Below, piece by piece: positions 41,126 through 53,420 of a stretch of DNA of 64,000 nt. The stretch comes from Psilocybe cubensis (lineage: Eukaryota): contig CM039003.1 of the NCBI GenBank assembly GCA_017499595.2, positions 2,108,001-2,172,000 on the forward strand, read 5' to 3'. Within the stretch, counting starts at the first letter, position 1. The number at the start of each line of letters is the position of its first letter. The position numbers and the translations under genes were made by a program. A model generated the notes under the pieces. That model was not told the DNA's origin and searched no databases. It saw only the letters and a program-made list of their open reading frames with translations.

Positions 41126-42293
41126 CACACACACATCAGGCATGTCCAACAATCAATGGAATACAACACAGTACCTGGTGGCGTGTAGCTCGAGAGGCCG
41201 AATAGCGACGTTACGATACCCGGAGAGGTGGCTGGTAGACAACCAATAAGCATAAACATGGAAGGGTTTTTCGATGAAGCTTCGACTTACGGGTGTATGC
41301 GCCTGGGAAGCTAACAGTCGCAGGAGTTTTAGGCGACGAAGAGCCAGTTACGGAAATTTGAGCACAGCTCATCTGTTTAAGTGGTAACGTTATATCTCCC
41401 GAACAATTATAAACAAGAAATTTCCAAGACGTACATAGAACTGAGCGCCTGGGTATGATGTCGCAGCCTGCAGCGCTATAGTCAAAAATCTGATTTAAGA
41501 AACATATTAACGATGGAAAGATGGAGAAGGATTCTTACCAATCGCTTCGGCACGGAAGAGGTATTGCCCAGACGCGATGCAAGTTGGAACAGTGAATGTG
41601 GCGTTACCGCCGTTCACAAAAAGAACATCCGAGCCCCATTGGCCGGTGGTAGCGTTGTATCCAATCTGACCGATCTTAAACCACTTGAGGCCTATCATCA
41701 CATCCTTGAATTTCGGAACGTGGCAGCCTCTCTGTTACGAGTCGATAACATACCTGTCACCGTGGATTGGGTGGCAGACGGAACCTCCGCCCTGAATGCA
41801 GAGTTAAATTGTTAATTAAATTAAACCAGCGATTTTTTTTTTTTGCTTACAGGTAGGCTAGGATTGGCCCTTTGTTGGTGGGGTCAATAGGGTCTGAAGG
41901 GTCAGGGCCGGTGTATCCAGCAGAGGTTCTGTGGAATTGCGCCGTGATCCTGTCACCGGCGTTGACAGGGATGACCACATCAGAAACGGGCTGGATGAAG
42001 TTGGTGTTGCATATTATGTTGTTAGACGTCAAATCTGTTATTGCCTTTGAATGGGAGACGTCAGCTAGGCCGTCCTCGCATATGCATAAAAGATGAAACA
42101 GACAGAGTTTGAAGTTGGAACTCGAACACCGACGCCATGACCTTGATCGATACCGTTAACAGCGACAGCCTAAAGAAGTGCAATTTGAGCCTTTGACAAC
42201 AGAAAAGACGGAAGTGGTATATACCGAGAAAACAGTTTTAGCGCTTACAGCGCATGCACCCACAATAAGAGATAACAAAGTGACCGACAGCAT
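41094..42293 (-). CDS. AA9 LPMO-like protein lacking the histidine brace (N-terminal Lys variant), no CBM
   Basis: Signal [18 protein letters not shown] then KTVFS, followed by [58 protein letters not shown] and PPGPAVFTC*. Confidence 0.9.
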
Positions 42294-43320
42294 GTTTGGG
42301 AGAGTCGGGACTGGTAACTTGAAATTTGTGGCCTAGTAGCTGACTCAGTCCTGTCGTTTTTAAACCTGATAACCACGGGTCGCTGTTAAAACGCGACTAG
42401 AAGCACATGGAGGTTGACTTTACGAATTCGAACTACTCTATAAGAAGCATGTTAAGTCGCGTGGTTTTGTCATGCCACTTGGAGTGATTTACCTTTTATG
42501 TTGTAAAATTTTTCATGCGAGGGTTTCAACGACATAACCAGAAGAGCAGCCGCCATTCGAAGTCTGGTCAGGGGACCACAAAGTTAGGTCAGTATCTGTG
42601 CCATGAGACAAGGGATACTCACTGAAAGCGAGATTTCAGCGAAGAAAGGGAGGACGATGCCTTTCTAGTGTCATCGTTGCAAAGCAATAGAATCAAGCTC
42701 GGCGTTGGCTATCAGTAGCGTTTGGGAAACGGTTGATCGGTATTTCAGAAAAGGAAATATATGGGGTGACACGACACGGTATAGTTGATTGTTGGGATTG
42801 AAAGATAGCCAAAATAGGCCAAAGTTCTATGGACGAAGTTCGGCGCTAAAACCTCGAAAGGTAAGGCTGGCTGCTTGAGCGCTGTTTGTGGTTAATACTA
42901 CTTGAGAAATGATAAAGTAGACATACCTAAACGTAATAGATATTGAAACAGGGAAAATAAACTGGAGCAAACGAAATTATCACAAAACCATCGTTGTAGC
43001 TTTGGACAAACCTTGGACAAACCTGAGAACATCTTGACATTACGTCACTATATCCCGGCCCGCAGGACCGCTGTTTGCCCCGGTTTACCGATCTTTGCCA
43101 CATTGCTATTAATGGCTATTTTTAGGTACGAGAGTCTCTTGGCTTTCTCTCCGAAAACTTGGACGACAAATACGATGAGTTACAAGAGGCCTAAAATACG
43201 CTGAATTTTATGGAATATAAAACATGATTTTATATGATAGAATCTCTGGATGATATACATGATATCGATGACTCGAAGTGAATGAAAGAGTTCATAAAGG
43301 TGGATGGGCCAAGATTTATC

Positions 43321-44779
43321 TTAAAGGCATTGGCTGTACTGATTTGACCAATAATGTCAGCGCCCTTCATGATATTAAATGTGATAGTACATACATAATC
43401 ATTAGATTTCACGCATGTGTATGGAGAAGCACAAGTAGTGGCGCCGGTGTATCTATTCGAATGTCATTTTTATCAACAATGTCCTCTACAGCTTTCAAGT
43501 TAATTCTTACCCAATTCCACCACACTGTCCATAATGTGCCACGGTTGCTCCAGATGATGTAGGAGTGGAGCTAGAAGCTGGAGCAGTTGATGTGGGAGAG
43601 GAGGCTACCGTCGTTGATGAACTAGGGGCCGGTGAACTTCCACTGCTCCCACTGCAGCTGAACACAGAGGGTCCTATTGGCTAATTAGACATCATAACGC
43701 GTGATGAAAATATAAACATACCTGGAATTGTGTAGGACTTCAAGTTGTTGTAAATGTTGACAGTAATTCCAGGGTCACTTCCTACATTAGCGTAAATTAG
43801 CATTTCTGTGTTAATTCATCAATGATGGTATGTGTTTCTTACCTTTGTAAGCGCCCGGGAAGCTTACGGTTGCCGGTGACGTACTTCCGCCTCCGGTTAT
43901 TTGGATCTGAGCGCATTCCATCTAATATCAACGGAGTCAATGGGGAAAGAAATTTGGAAAGAAATTAGAAAATACAACAAACATATAGCTGAGCACCTGG
44001 ATACGATTCGGCAGCATGCAAAGCTGCAAAAAGAGATACTTCAGCATATCCATCAATAAAAAGTTCGCAACACATACCGATAAGCTCAACACGAAGCAAG
44101 TATTGTCCTGGCGCAATGCAGCTTGGAATCGAAAAGCTGACCTTTCCTTGATTGGAGATAAGTTTGTCCACTGCCCAGCTTCCACTGCTATCAAGACCGT
44201 CATGGTAAATTTTGAACCAATTCAAACCGGTGACAGTGCTCTGTGTAGCGTTGTTAACCTTTGCCCTTTATGCAGTTTAGCTTATATTAGCACATTGTTT
44301 GGGAAAATGAAAACTGACAAGTATGCAAGGATGGGGCCTTTGTGTGAAGGATCGATGGGGTCAGCTGGGTCATTTGTTCCGGCGCTAGTGAGCGTGTGGT
44401 GCCATTCAGCGGTGACTTGAGCTCCTGCAGGTACCGGAATAACTGTCGTTGAAACAGGCTGGTGGTACGGGTTGATCCCTCCATTGCAAATCAAATCATT
44501 CGAAGTAACATCTGTAATAGGCTGCCATAAATCGAATCAACACTTGCCAGCGGTACTACTGAGTAACGGGTTACATACACCATCGTAATCGGGTACACGA
44601 ATACCGTTTATGTGTCCTTGAGAAACGCCATTGACCCAAAGTGTCTAGCAATGGCGACTAAGTTAGCAAGGTAGTCCTTTAGCCCTGCGATAAATTGTTC
44701 ATATTACCTGGAAAATAGTGTGAGCGGAGGCAGAGTTTGCAATCAAAAAAACAGTTGCTATTGAGTTGGAGAGCTTCAT
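43321..44779 (-). CDS. AA9 lytic polysaccharide monooxygenase with C-terminal CBM1
   Basis: Signal [19 protein letters not shown] then HTIFQ (His1), [22 protein letters not shown] linker, CBM1 [32 protein letters not shown]. Confidence 0.95.
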
Positions 44780-45799
44780 CTTTGCTTGTAGCGTAACTTC
44801 GATAGACCTTTTCCGTCTCTTCTTTATATACACATCCACTCAGGCACCTTAAAGATCGAATCTGTAGTCGAAACACATAAAACTTAATGACTATGGGTCA
44901 GTTCCTATAAATAACTCAATATCTAAAAATACGACTCGAGATATCACAGGACGAAGCGAATACTAACATCATTCTACGTGAATTATGAGTGTAAAATAAC
45001 CAAGACTCGTAAAAAACGCGTGAAATTCGGAGCATTAAAGGTATGTAATTTCCTGACTGGTGGAAAACAGGGAGTACCGGCCATGTGCTTAGCAAGTCCA
45101 TTCGCTTCATACGACCATGTTCATCCGTTAAGTATCCGATATTTGATCCATTGGTGTCGATTGGTTGAAGGTATTAGACTTTATAGGATTTCGCTCATCG
45201 GAAGTAATAAATATGCCCATTAGCACCGAAGCTTCATTCCTTGGCAAATTTAAGGAGTGCTTAACTAGGCTTAACTGCGCTTAAATTGGAAGAATGTGTG
45301 CAGGTTTTCCTTGGGTACCCCGCGGGGTCGAGCAGGCGTGCTTACCTCGTGAGAGCTGGTGAGGTCATTGCAATGTTCATCATCATATGATAAACAAAGA
45401 CTTAATAAGAAGTACGCTGCCCAGAACATCGAGATCGCAAACAACCGGGATTTATCCTGATTTACAGCGCGATGCCGTGAAATACGCGGTGTACAGTCTT
45501 GTACAGTGAGCAAGTACGGAGAAGAGCCGACCGGATCTCGCAAAGATTTTCAATGACAGATCGTTTATTATCTTAAAAGCTTGACAGCTTGATGCGGGTG
45601 CGAAGTAGATGAGAAACTTGAAGAGACCAATGGCAGAGAAAGCGTTTAAAACCTTTGGTTTCTGTTGAGGACGACGACTTGGATTGATAAAAGAAGTCCC
45701 GGATTCGAGAGAGACAGAATAATGCAATTTTGTGTTGTAAAATATAATGTATGGTAGAATAGTTAGAAGAAGTCGAAAGTAGCAAATGTACTTTAGATC

Positions 45800-47259
45800 T
45801 TAGCGACATTGACTGTACTGTTGACAGTCTCAGTAAAAATTTTAAATTTCCATCCAAGGTCTAGAAACTTACATAGTCGTTAGATTTCACGCAAGTGTAA
45901 GGTGCCTTGCATGATGTGGCTCCGGTATAGCTAAAGAGTTCGGTAAGAAATAATATAGTAGATTATGTGACAGTAGAAGCTTACCCTATGCCGCCACATT
46001 GTCCCCATTGATCAACAGTCCCAGACGGTCCCGGATTTGCAGACGTTGGGGTAGTAGTGCTCGAAACAGTAGTTCTAGATGTTGGGGTTGAAGAAACCGA
46101 GGTTACTGGGTTTGGGTTTGGGTTACCACCGCTGCAGGTGAAGACGGATGGCCCTAAAGTTTCATTATCGATACATAAACGAATGCGCGATGATATTTTT
46201 TTGTAGCTGACCTGGGATTGTATATGAAGTAGCACCGGTATACAAGTTGAATCTGATTCCAGGGTCGCTTCCTGAAAAGAACACGTTAGCAAATTTTAAA
46301 CGAAGACAAAAACAATACTTACCTGAGTATGCGCCAGGGAAGCTGACAGTGGCAGGAGACGTGTTTCCGCCTCCAGTGATCTCGAGTTGAGCGCATTCCA
46401 TCTAAGAAGGAAGATGAAATACTGTTTGATACATTGTTTAAAACGACATACGTAAAGTTGAGCACCAGGGTAACTCGACGCGGCGTGAAGTGCTATTGAA
46501 ATCAAAAGTCAGATTGGTTCTAGTCGGCGAGTAAGTTGAGATATCCAACCTATCAGTTCAACACGAAGAAGATATTGTCCAGCGGGGATACAGTCAGGAA
46601 TGGTAAAGGTAACCTTGCCCTGATTTTTTATAAGTCTTTCCACTGCCCAGCCATTTGAGTCAAGGCCATCATGATAGATCTTGAACCATTTCAATCCCGT
46701 GACGTCAGATTGGGTAGCTGAAGGGACTTGTGCACTGAAGAAAGAGAAGAATGATGAAACAGGTCTGCAGCCTCATGAAAACTGGACACTTACAGGTATG
46801 CAAGAACTGGGCCATTGTGTGAAGGGTCGATTGGGTCAGAATGATCACCAGTTTTGCTGGTAAGAGTGTAGTGAAACTGGGCGCTAACTTGGCTGCCAGC
46901 GGCCACCTTGATGACAGTAGTGGACACAGGAGTACGGTATGGATTGATTCCACCGTTGCAGATGACGTCCTTCGACGTGACATCAGTGATTGGCTACAGA
47001 GTAAGATGCGTCAAAAAGAGTCGCACAACCAAAGAAAATTGGTGGAAAATTTACGCCGTTGTATTCAGGCACTCGAATGCCGTTGAATCGCCCTTGCGAT
47101 ACCCCGTTGACATACAATTCCTATATAATAGTAAGTGGATTAAAATGACATACTATATTTCTTGAGTCACTTTTCACATACCTGGAAAATAGTATGGCCT
47201 GAGACGCCGCCAATCGAAAACAGGAGAGCTGTGAGAGCTAGCAACTTGGAGATGGCCAT
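45800..47259 (-). CDS. AA9 lytic polysaccharide monooxygenase with C-terminal CBM1
   Basis: Signal [21 protein letters not shown] then HTIFQ (His1), [19 protein letters not shown], linker, CBM1 [32 protein letters not shown]. Confidence 0.95.
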
Positions 47260-48312
47260 GACTGGTGATGTGTAGAATACACCTCCATAATGCATTTTAT
47301 ACCATTTGGCACTCGGACATTCTGCGCGTTCCGCTGAAATATCGGGATGGCAATGCCCATACCGTGCTCGGTAGATGAGCCCAATTTCAAATCAAGTGTG
47401 CAGAGAAGGCTTGAAAGGGTCAGGAAAGAGTTTTCGGACTCAGTTGGTCATAACAAACACAGTGCAAATGCCTCGTTAGTTTGCGTTGCCCTGCGTCACG
47501 TTGCATTGAAACCCATAACGTCTATATCCCCAGAGCCTATGATGCAAGAAAAAGCTACCGGGGATGGCAAACAGAAAAGCTTGGCAACCTAGGCGCCAAT
47601 AAAACGTCTACCCTAGACTGGGTACTAAGCTGTACTAAGTCGGATAGGTGGACCAGAATGTACCGCAGAGGTGCCGAAATTCGTGACGACGAAGAAAGAG
47701 CGGAGTACACTCCGACACAAGCGTTGCAACTGAGCAGATAGAAGAAAACCCAAGCCAGGGTTAGTCAATCATTTGGGAGGGAGAAGGCTGAACATGTTTA
47801 TAATTTACGGAAGTTTACTTTGCTTTTTATTGATACCGTTCAAGCGCATTCGAATGATAGAACGTCTGTTTACGCTGACTTTACCATATCGTCCTCTCTG
47901 CTGCATTATGTTCTCTGGCCTGGCACTACGTGTGTAATCAGATGTTTTGACGTGATTGTCATTGAAGAAAGAATACAGACATGCCATTTACTTCTCGTCA
48001 TGTTTCCAATTCACGTCCAACTACTTCTTTAATGAAGAGGACTAACCTCTAAAGATGTTCTTCTCCGTAACTTGAGATATTCATCTTTGAAAAGGTTGGA
48101 ATGTGGTCTTCATGCAGCAACGGGGGGAACCACAGCGCAGTAATATCAATCATAATATACCAAAACTATTTCCATTGGCCCGGAGACGATTAACATTGCA
48201 GCCCAATAAGTCCCTTCCTTTCATCGTCCCGGTATCCTCGAAGACAGCCTAGATAATCATAAGTGATTAGAAGGCTTATTGCTTGGTCTTATGATCAACT
48301 CGACGTACATAT

Positions 48313-49016
48313 TTAATCCTCTCTCCAAATTACCTGGCCATTAGCCCATTTCTCACCCCATAATGCGCGTTTGTGATAGACCTTCCTCAATTCCTTGAAT
48401 TCTTTCACAAAATCGTCTACATCCCGCCCACTTTTCGGCGTACCCGTGCCTGACTCAACTGGCAGACTGGATTCCTGTTGGACAAAAGATGTGGCCAGAG
48501 CCTCTGATTCTTCATCTTGGGAAGTAGTACTATGCCGCAAACGCATTAAAAGAAATTGTGGGCTAAACCTCTACAATCCGTAAACAATGGCTGTATCGCA
48601 ATTGTAGGGGTCTCACCTGGTAAACTTCTTTTTGTTCCTTTTCTAATTCTTTCCACCTAGCTTCCAAGCGTTTCGCTTCATCGAACGCATCTTTAGTTTC
48701 TGATCTGAGGTCATACAATCGCTGTTGCAAGGCGAGGTTATTTTCTGTTGCAAAGTGAGATTAGTGATTGACTCATGAGACGATACTACGCACTAGCGAT
48801 AGCTTCGTTGGCAAGTCCAAGCTCAGCTTGCGATTTATAGAGATCTTTCACATAACTAAGGGAGTGAAAAACAGCTTGGAAATATACAGGATCTGAAAGC
48901 AAATCCTCTAGGTCTTCGCGTCTAGTTGGATCGTTAGGCGGTGTTCTGATTAGCGACATCTATACGAACGATAAGTGAGCCAGTTCTGGAAAGTCAGTAA
49001 CAAGGGTTGAGGCCAT
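48313..49016 (-). CDS. VPS37: ESCRT-I subunit Vps37 (Mod(r) domain)
   Basis: FPELAHLS|REDLEDLL, a coiled coil, and C-terminal ESEALATSF...DDFVKEFKELRKVYHKR. Confidence 0.8.
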
Positions 49017-49133
49017 TGAGGGCAGAAAAGGATGTGATATATTAGATTGGAGTAGTTGTGGGTGAAGTGGCTATTAACCTGTGATCAATCAAACGCGACA
49101 TATTTGATACTCAGAAACTCAGTCTCAACAATC

Positions 49134-50001
49134 ATGTCCGTTGTCTTCCCCGGAGACTATGTTCCTGCTCAACATGTCAACCTTAAACTTGGGCCCGGCC
49201 TCTTGCAGACATCCAGTATAAAGTCAGAAAACACCGACTCCAATGTGATTGCGACTCGTGCAGGTATACTCAATCATTCAGCAAATCGCAGTAAATGGTG
49301 GATAGAAAGTAATTCACGGCGCGTAAGGAGTTGATTCTTTCCATCATATATGTCGTTTCACGATTCTCTTACGACTCCAGTATGTTCCTGCTGCCCAAGA
49401 ATTGGTTATTGGGTCTATTATACAAAAAGTTGGTGAAGGGTTTCGAGTAGACATTGGCGCTGCCCACCCCGCGTCGTTAGACTCTCTTGCCTTCGAAGGT
49501 GCAACAAAAAGGAACAAGCCAAATCTTAAAGTGCGTTCAGCTGACTTGTTGTAGTGTTATAGGCGCTGATGCGCGACTGCTTAGGTTGGATGCCTTGTAT
49601 ATGCACGCGTTTCTCTTGCTCACAAGGACATGGAGCCGGAATTAGAGTGCTTTGACGCCCAAACACGTAAATCTGAAGGATTTGGCGAACTGAAAGGTGG
49701 TTTTGTTGTCCGATGCAGTTTGAAAATGTGCCGAGAGTGAGCTTCTCGATCTCTTTGCTGTTTGCAATTAGAACCAATGTTTTTATAAAGCCTATTGGAT
49801 CCCAAACACTTTTTGCTCCCCCTTCTGGGAGGACGCTTTCCTTTGGAAGCTGCCGTGGGGGTGAATGGAAGAGTTTGGGTAAGTGCAAAGGAAACTAAAC
49901 AAACCATAGCCATCGCACGATGTATAGAAGCAGCCGATCCAGATGGAGGAAGCCTAGACGCGGAGGCAGTGAAGGATTTCCTCAACACACTTGACATTTG
50001 A
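49134..50001 (+). CDS. RRP40: Exosome complex subunit Rrp40
   Basis: VFPGD, LGPGL, YVPAAQELVIG, LAFEGATKRNKPNL, GFGELKGG, EAAVGVNGRVWV. Confidence 0.92.
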
Positions 50002-50122
50002 ATAAAACCTGGTATCATATAAATAAGCTGCGATCTGTGGTATACATACATTATTGTACAATTAATTCCATCTACTTTGTTGGGGACCCAAAACATATCG
50101 AGAGCAAAGCTGGCGCTACAAA

Positions 50123-50820
50123 TCAATCGTCATCTGCCAAACGGGCTCTTTTTGTCGGTCTTCGTGAGGAAGCACTTGCTGCGCTGACCAATTCCTCTTC
50201 ACTATCACCCGTACTGCGGTGGCTGACACTGGCGCGTTTACGTCGTTGATATTCTCTATCCTTAATCTTCTTTTGCTGTGCGACAGTCAACTCCTGATTT
50301 CGGGTGGCGGGAGGTACTGCTATTGTAGTGACACCAGGAGTAGGTTGCTTCACAAATTCCTCGGCTGCAGGCGCCGGATCGTCGCCTTCTCCCATCAGCT
50401 CGAGGGACTTGACTAACATGTTAATTGCGCGTGAAGAAGGCGCCCCGCAATGCCATGTACTCACCTTTTGGAAGGTCATGCTGCTATTAGAGAATATGCG
50501 ATCGTGATCGTGAACTTCGTTTCTCCTGCGCCCCGATCCTTGATTTTTGAGGTAGTTTTCGAATCCCTGAATGATATTCCCGCCACTGTGTGCAGCAGTT
50601 TCTGTGAGGTATGTGGCTTCGAGGTTGTATATCTGAACTTCTATCTGAGCCTGACCATAGCCACATAAAGTTATCGCATGCGTCTTGGCGAAACTAGCAG
50701 AAGACATACCAGCTGCTTGTCTATGGCTCTCTTCTTGGGCAACGCTTGCATGAGTTCCTTTTTGAGAGTCTCGTAGCGGGACCTGTCGTCCGCTGTTGGG
50801 ACCGCGGCTGGGTCAGCCAT
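50123..50820 (-). CDS. EAF6: NuA4 histone acetyltransferase subunit Eaf6
   Basis: KKRAIDKQL|AQIEVQIYNLEATYL...GNIIQGFENYLK...DRIFSNSS. Confidence 0.9.
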
Positions 50821-50969
50821 GAGGCTTGAGGACTTGGACGAAGGTAGGTTGGCTGCCGCCAATACCCAACCTGAAATGAAACTCTTTATTCGACTTTGTG
50901 ACCCGGATGCAATTGCCAGTGACTGTTCAGAATTGATGTTTGTCTGTGCTTGGCCCAGAGGTTAATAGG

Positions 50970-50993
50970 GACGCGTGTCCTATAGGACGCGTC
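50970..50993. promoter_or_regulatory. Near-palindrome carrying two ACGCGT (MCB-like) sites in the EAF6/RPT5 divergent promoter
   Basis: gACGCGTgtcctataggACGCGTc; the core gtcctataggac is a perfect 12-bp palindrome. Confidence 0.4.
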
Positions 50994-51038
50994 AGTTGGC
51001 CCTATTCGATTTATTCATCGTTCTCCTCACAGCTTCAA

Positions 51039-52692
51039 ATGTCTTCAGCACCTCCCTCTAGCAACCCACCTCCCAACCCGGAAAAGAAGCCAGAACCATC
51101 GACATCCTCAGATGCTCCAGCTCCTACAGAGGGCCCCGCCCCAATGGATGTCACCCCAGATGTCCCGCCAGAGGAGACCTGGGCCGATATACCAGCCGAC
51201 ATCCTTGCATTAAGCAGCGAGGAAATTGCACAACGAACGAAGCTTATAGACAACGATATCAAGGTGTGCAGCTAATACTCTGTCTGCATACAAATACCAA
51301 TTATCCGATGTCCTCATAGGTTATGAGGTCAGAAACGTTACGGTTGCAGCACGAGCAAAGCGTAATGAAGGAGAAGATCCGTGATAACAAGGAGAAGATC
51401 AAACAAAACAAAGTGTTGCCTTATCTTGTTGGAAACGTTGTGGAGGTGAGCTCTCACTATTCTTGCCTCTGCCAGAAACAATCTTACAAAGTTGTAATAG
51501 ATTTTGGATATCCACGACGAGGATGAAATAGATGGCGCCAATCAAGACCTTGATTCTATGCGGAAAGGAAAATGTGCAGTCATCAAAACCTCTACACGAC
51601 AAACTGTCTTCCTTCCTTTGATCGGTCTTGTACCCGCTGAGAAGCTCAAACCTGACGACCTCATTGGTGTCAATAAAGATTCATATCTCGTTCTTGACAC
51701 TTTGCCGACGGAGTACGATTCACGTGTGAAAGCCATGGAGGTAGATGAGAAACCTACAGAACAGATGGATGTTATTGGTGGTCTCGACAAACAAATCGAA
51801 GAAATTATGGAAGCCGTTGTGTGGCCCATAAAAAACTCAGCCAGATTCCAGAAGTTGGGTATCAAGCCTCCAAAAGGGTGTTTGATGTATGGACCACCTG
51901 GTACGCAATATGTCTTCCTCCCCGAATATTCGCTAAATTTGGCGTAGGTACCGGGAAGACCCTTCTGGCAAGAGCATGTGCAAATTCTGCGGAAGCTTGC
52001 TTCTTGAAGTTGGCGGGTCCTTCACTGGTTCAAATGTTTATTGGAGATGGCGCTAAGCTAGTACGTGACGCATTTGCTCTGGCAAAATCGAAGGCACCTG
52101 CCATTATCTTTATCGACGAGCTCGACGCTATTGGCACCAAACGCTTCGATTCAGAAAAGAGTGGGGACCGTGAAGTACAAAGAACGATGCTGGAACTCCT
52201 GAATCAGTTGGATGGGTTTGGTAGTGACGACCGAATCAAGGTATGATGCATGCTTGCCAAATTGATGCAAACGATAGCCTAATTTTAGTTGATTGAAGGT
52301 TATCGCCGCTACAAATCGAATTGATATTCTTGACCCTGCTTTGCTTCGTTCTGGTCGTCTTGATCGAAAGATAGAATTCCCTCTACCCGACGAAGTTGCT
52401 CGAGCCCGAATTCTCACCATCCACTCTCGCAAGTTGAAGGTGGCCCCAGATAATGTGAACTACGCTGAATTGGCAAGGAGTACGGACGAATTCAACGCCG
52501 CACAGCTCAAAGCCGTGTGTGTAGAAGCCGGCATGATTGGTTTACGGGAAGGCGCCACTGAGCTGACACACGAACATTTCCTGAGTGGTATTGCAGAAGG
52601 TGAGACTTACGACCAGACAACTGTGCATTGTAGAACTAACACTCCTGGCAGTGCAAAGCAAGAAGAAGAATACCCTCATGTATTTCGCCTAG
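51039..52692 (+). CDS. RPT5: 26S proteasome regulatory AAA-ATPase subunit 6A
   Basis: [58 protein letters not shown]-terminal HbYX motif MYFA. Confidence 0.96.
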
Positions 52693-53420
52693 ACAACCTA
52701 TTTTGTCCTCGTTACTCCTGTCGTTTCATTATCATCTCATTAAGGCCAGCTCATTGTAATCATGTGTATAATTCAATATCGGAGGTTTTGTTCGCTGCCA
52801 AATTTTGTCAGCAAACTTTGGAGTGATGCTGTGTTGCCCTGTACAGACTAACAAATGCGTGATCTCTAGGGCAAACTTAACCGAACATATTTTAGAGCTT
52901 GATATTTATATACGCAACATTACATCTTCTGTTCTCCTCCTCTGGCACAGTTGTTTGGCCATGTCCGCTGTAGTCCTGGGTAGTTAAGAGCTAATCGGAT
53001 TCATTAGGATTCTTGATCTTTTTTGGAAATGCAGACTCCGGACACGCGATGCGGCGATGGCTCAGGATGCTTAACTCAGACTGCATCTGCACCAATGACA
53101 ACGTCAGTAGGATTCAATGCTTCATGAGATCGTCGGGCCACGGAGAAGCAAGCAAATAAGCTATATGAAAGTTCTTGCCATGCCCTTCTATCCCACACGC
53201 TCCTCTCTCCTTGCTACTCACAAGCCCCTCTGCGATGACCACCACTGGTACCTGCCAACGCCAGAAAGACGCATTATCTTCAGTTTTCAGCTTCAATTCT
53301 GCCCATGTTCTCGGCTCTTGTGCGTCCCTAGACGGCATACGTTCTTCTCTGGTCCATTTACTTCCCCGATATCAGATTACGGACACCTTACCGACCAATT
53401 TTTTGCTGTATCGCGAAGAG

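Noticed and set aside
42300-43320. Long intergenic gaps between AA9 genes as possible ncRNA/tRNA or transcription-factor motif arrays
   Set aside because: No cloverleaf, box motif set or shared promoter motif could be supported by eye.
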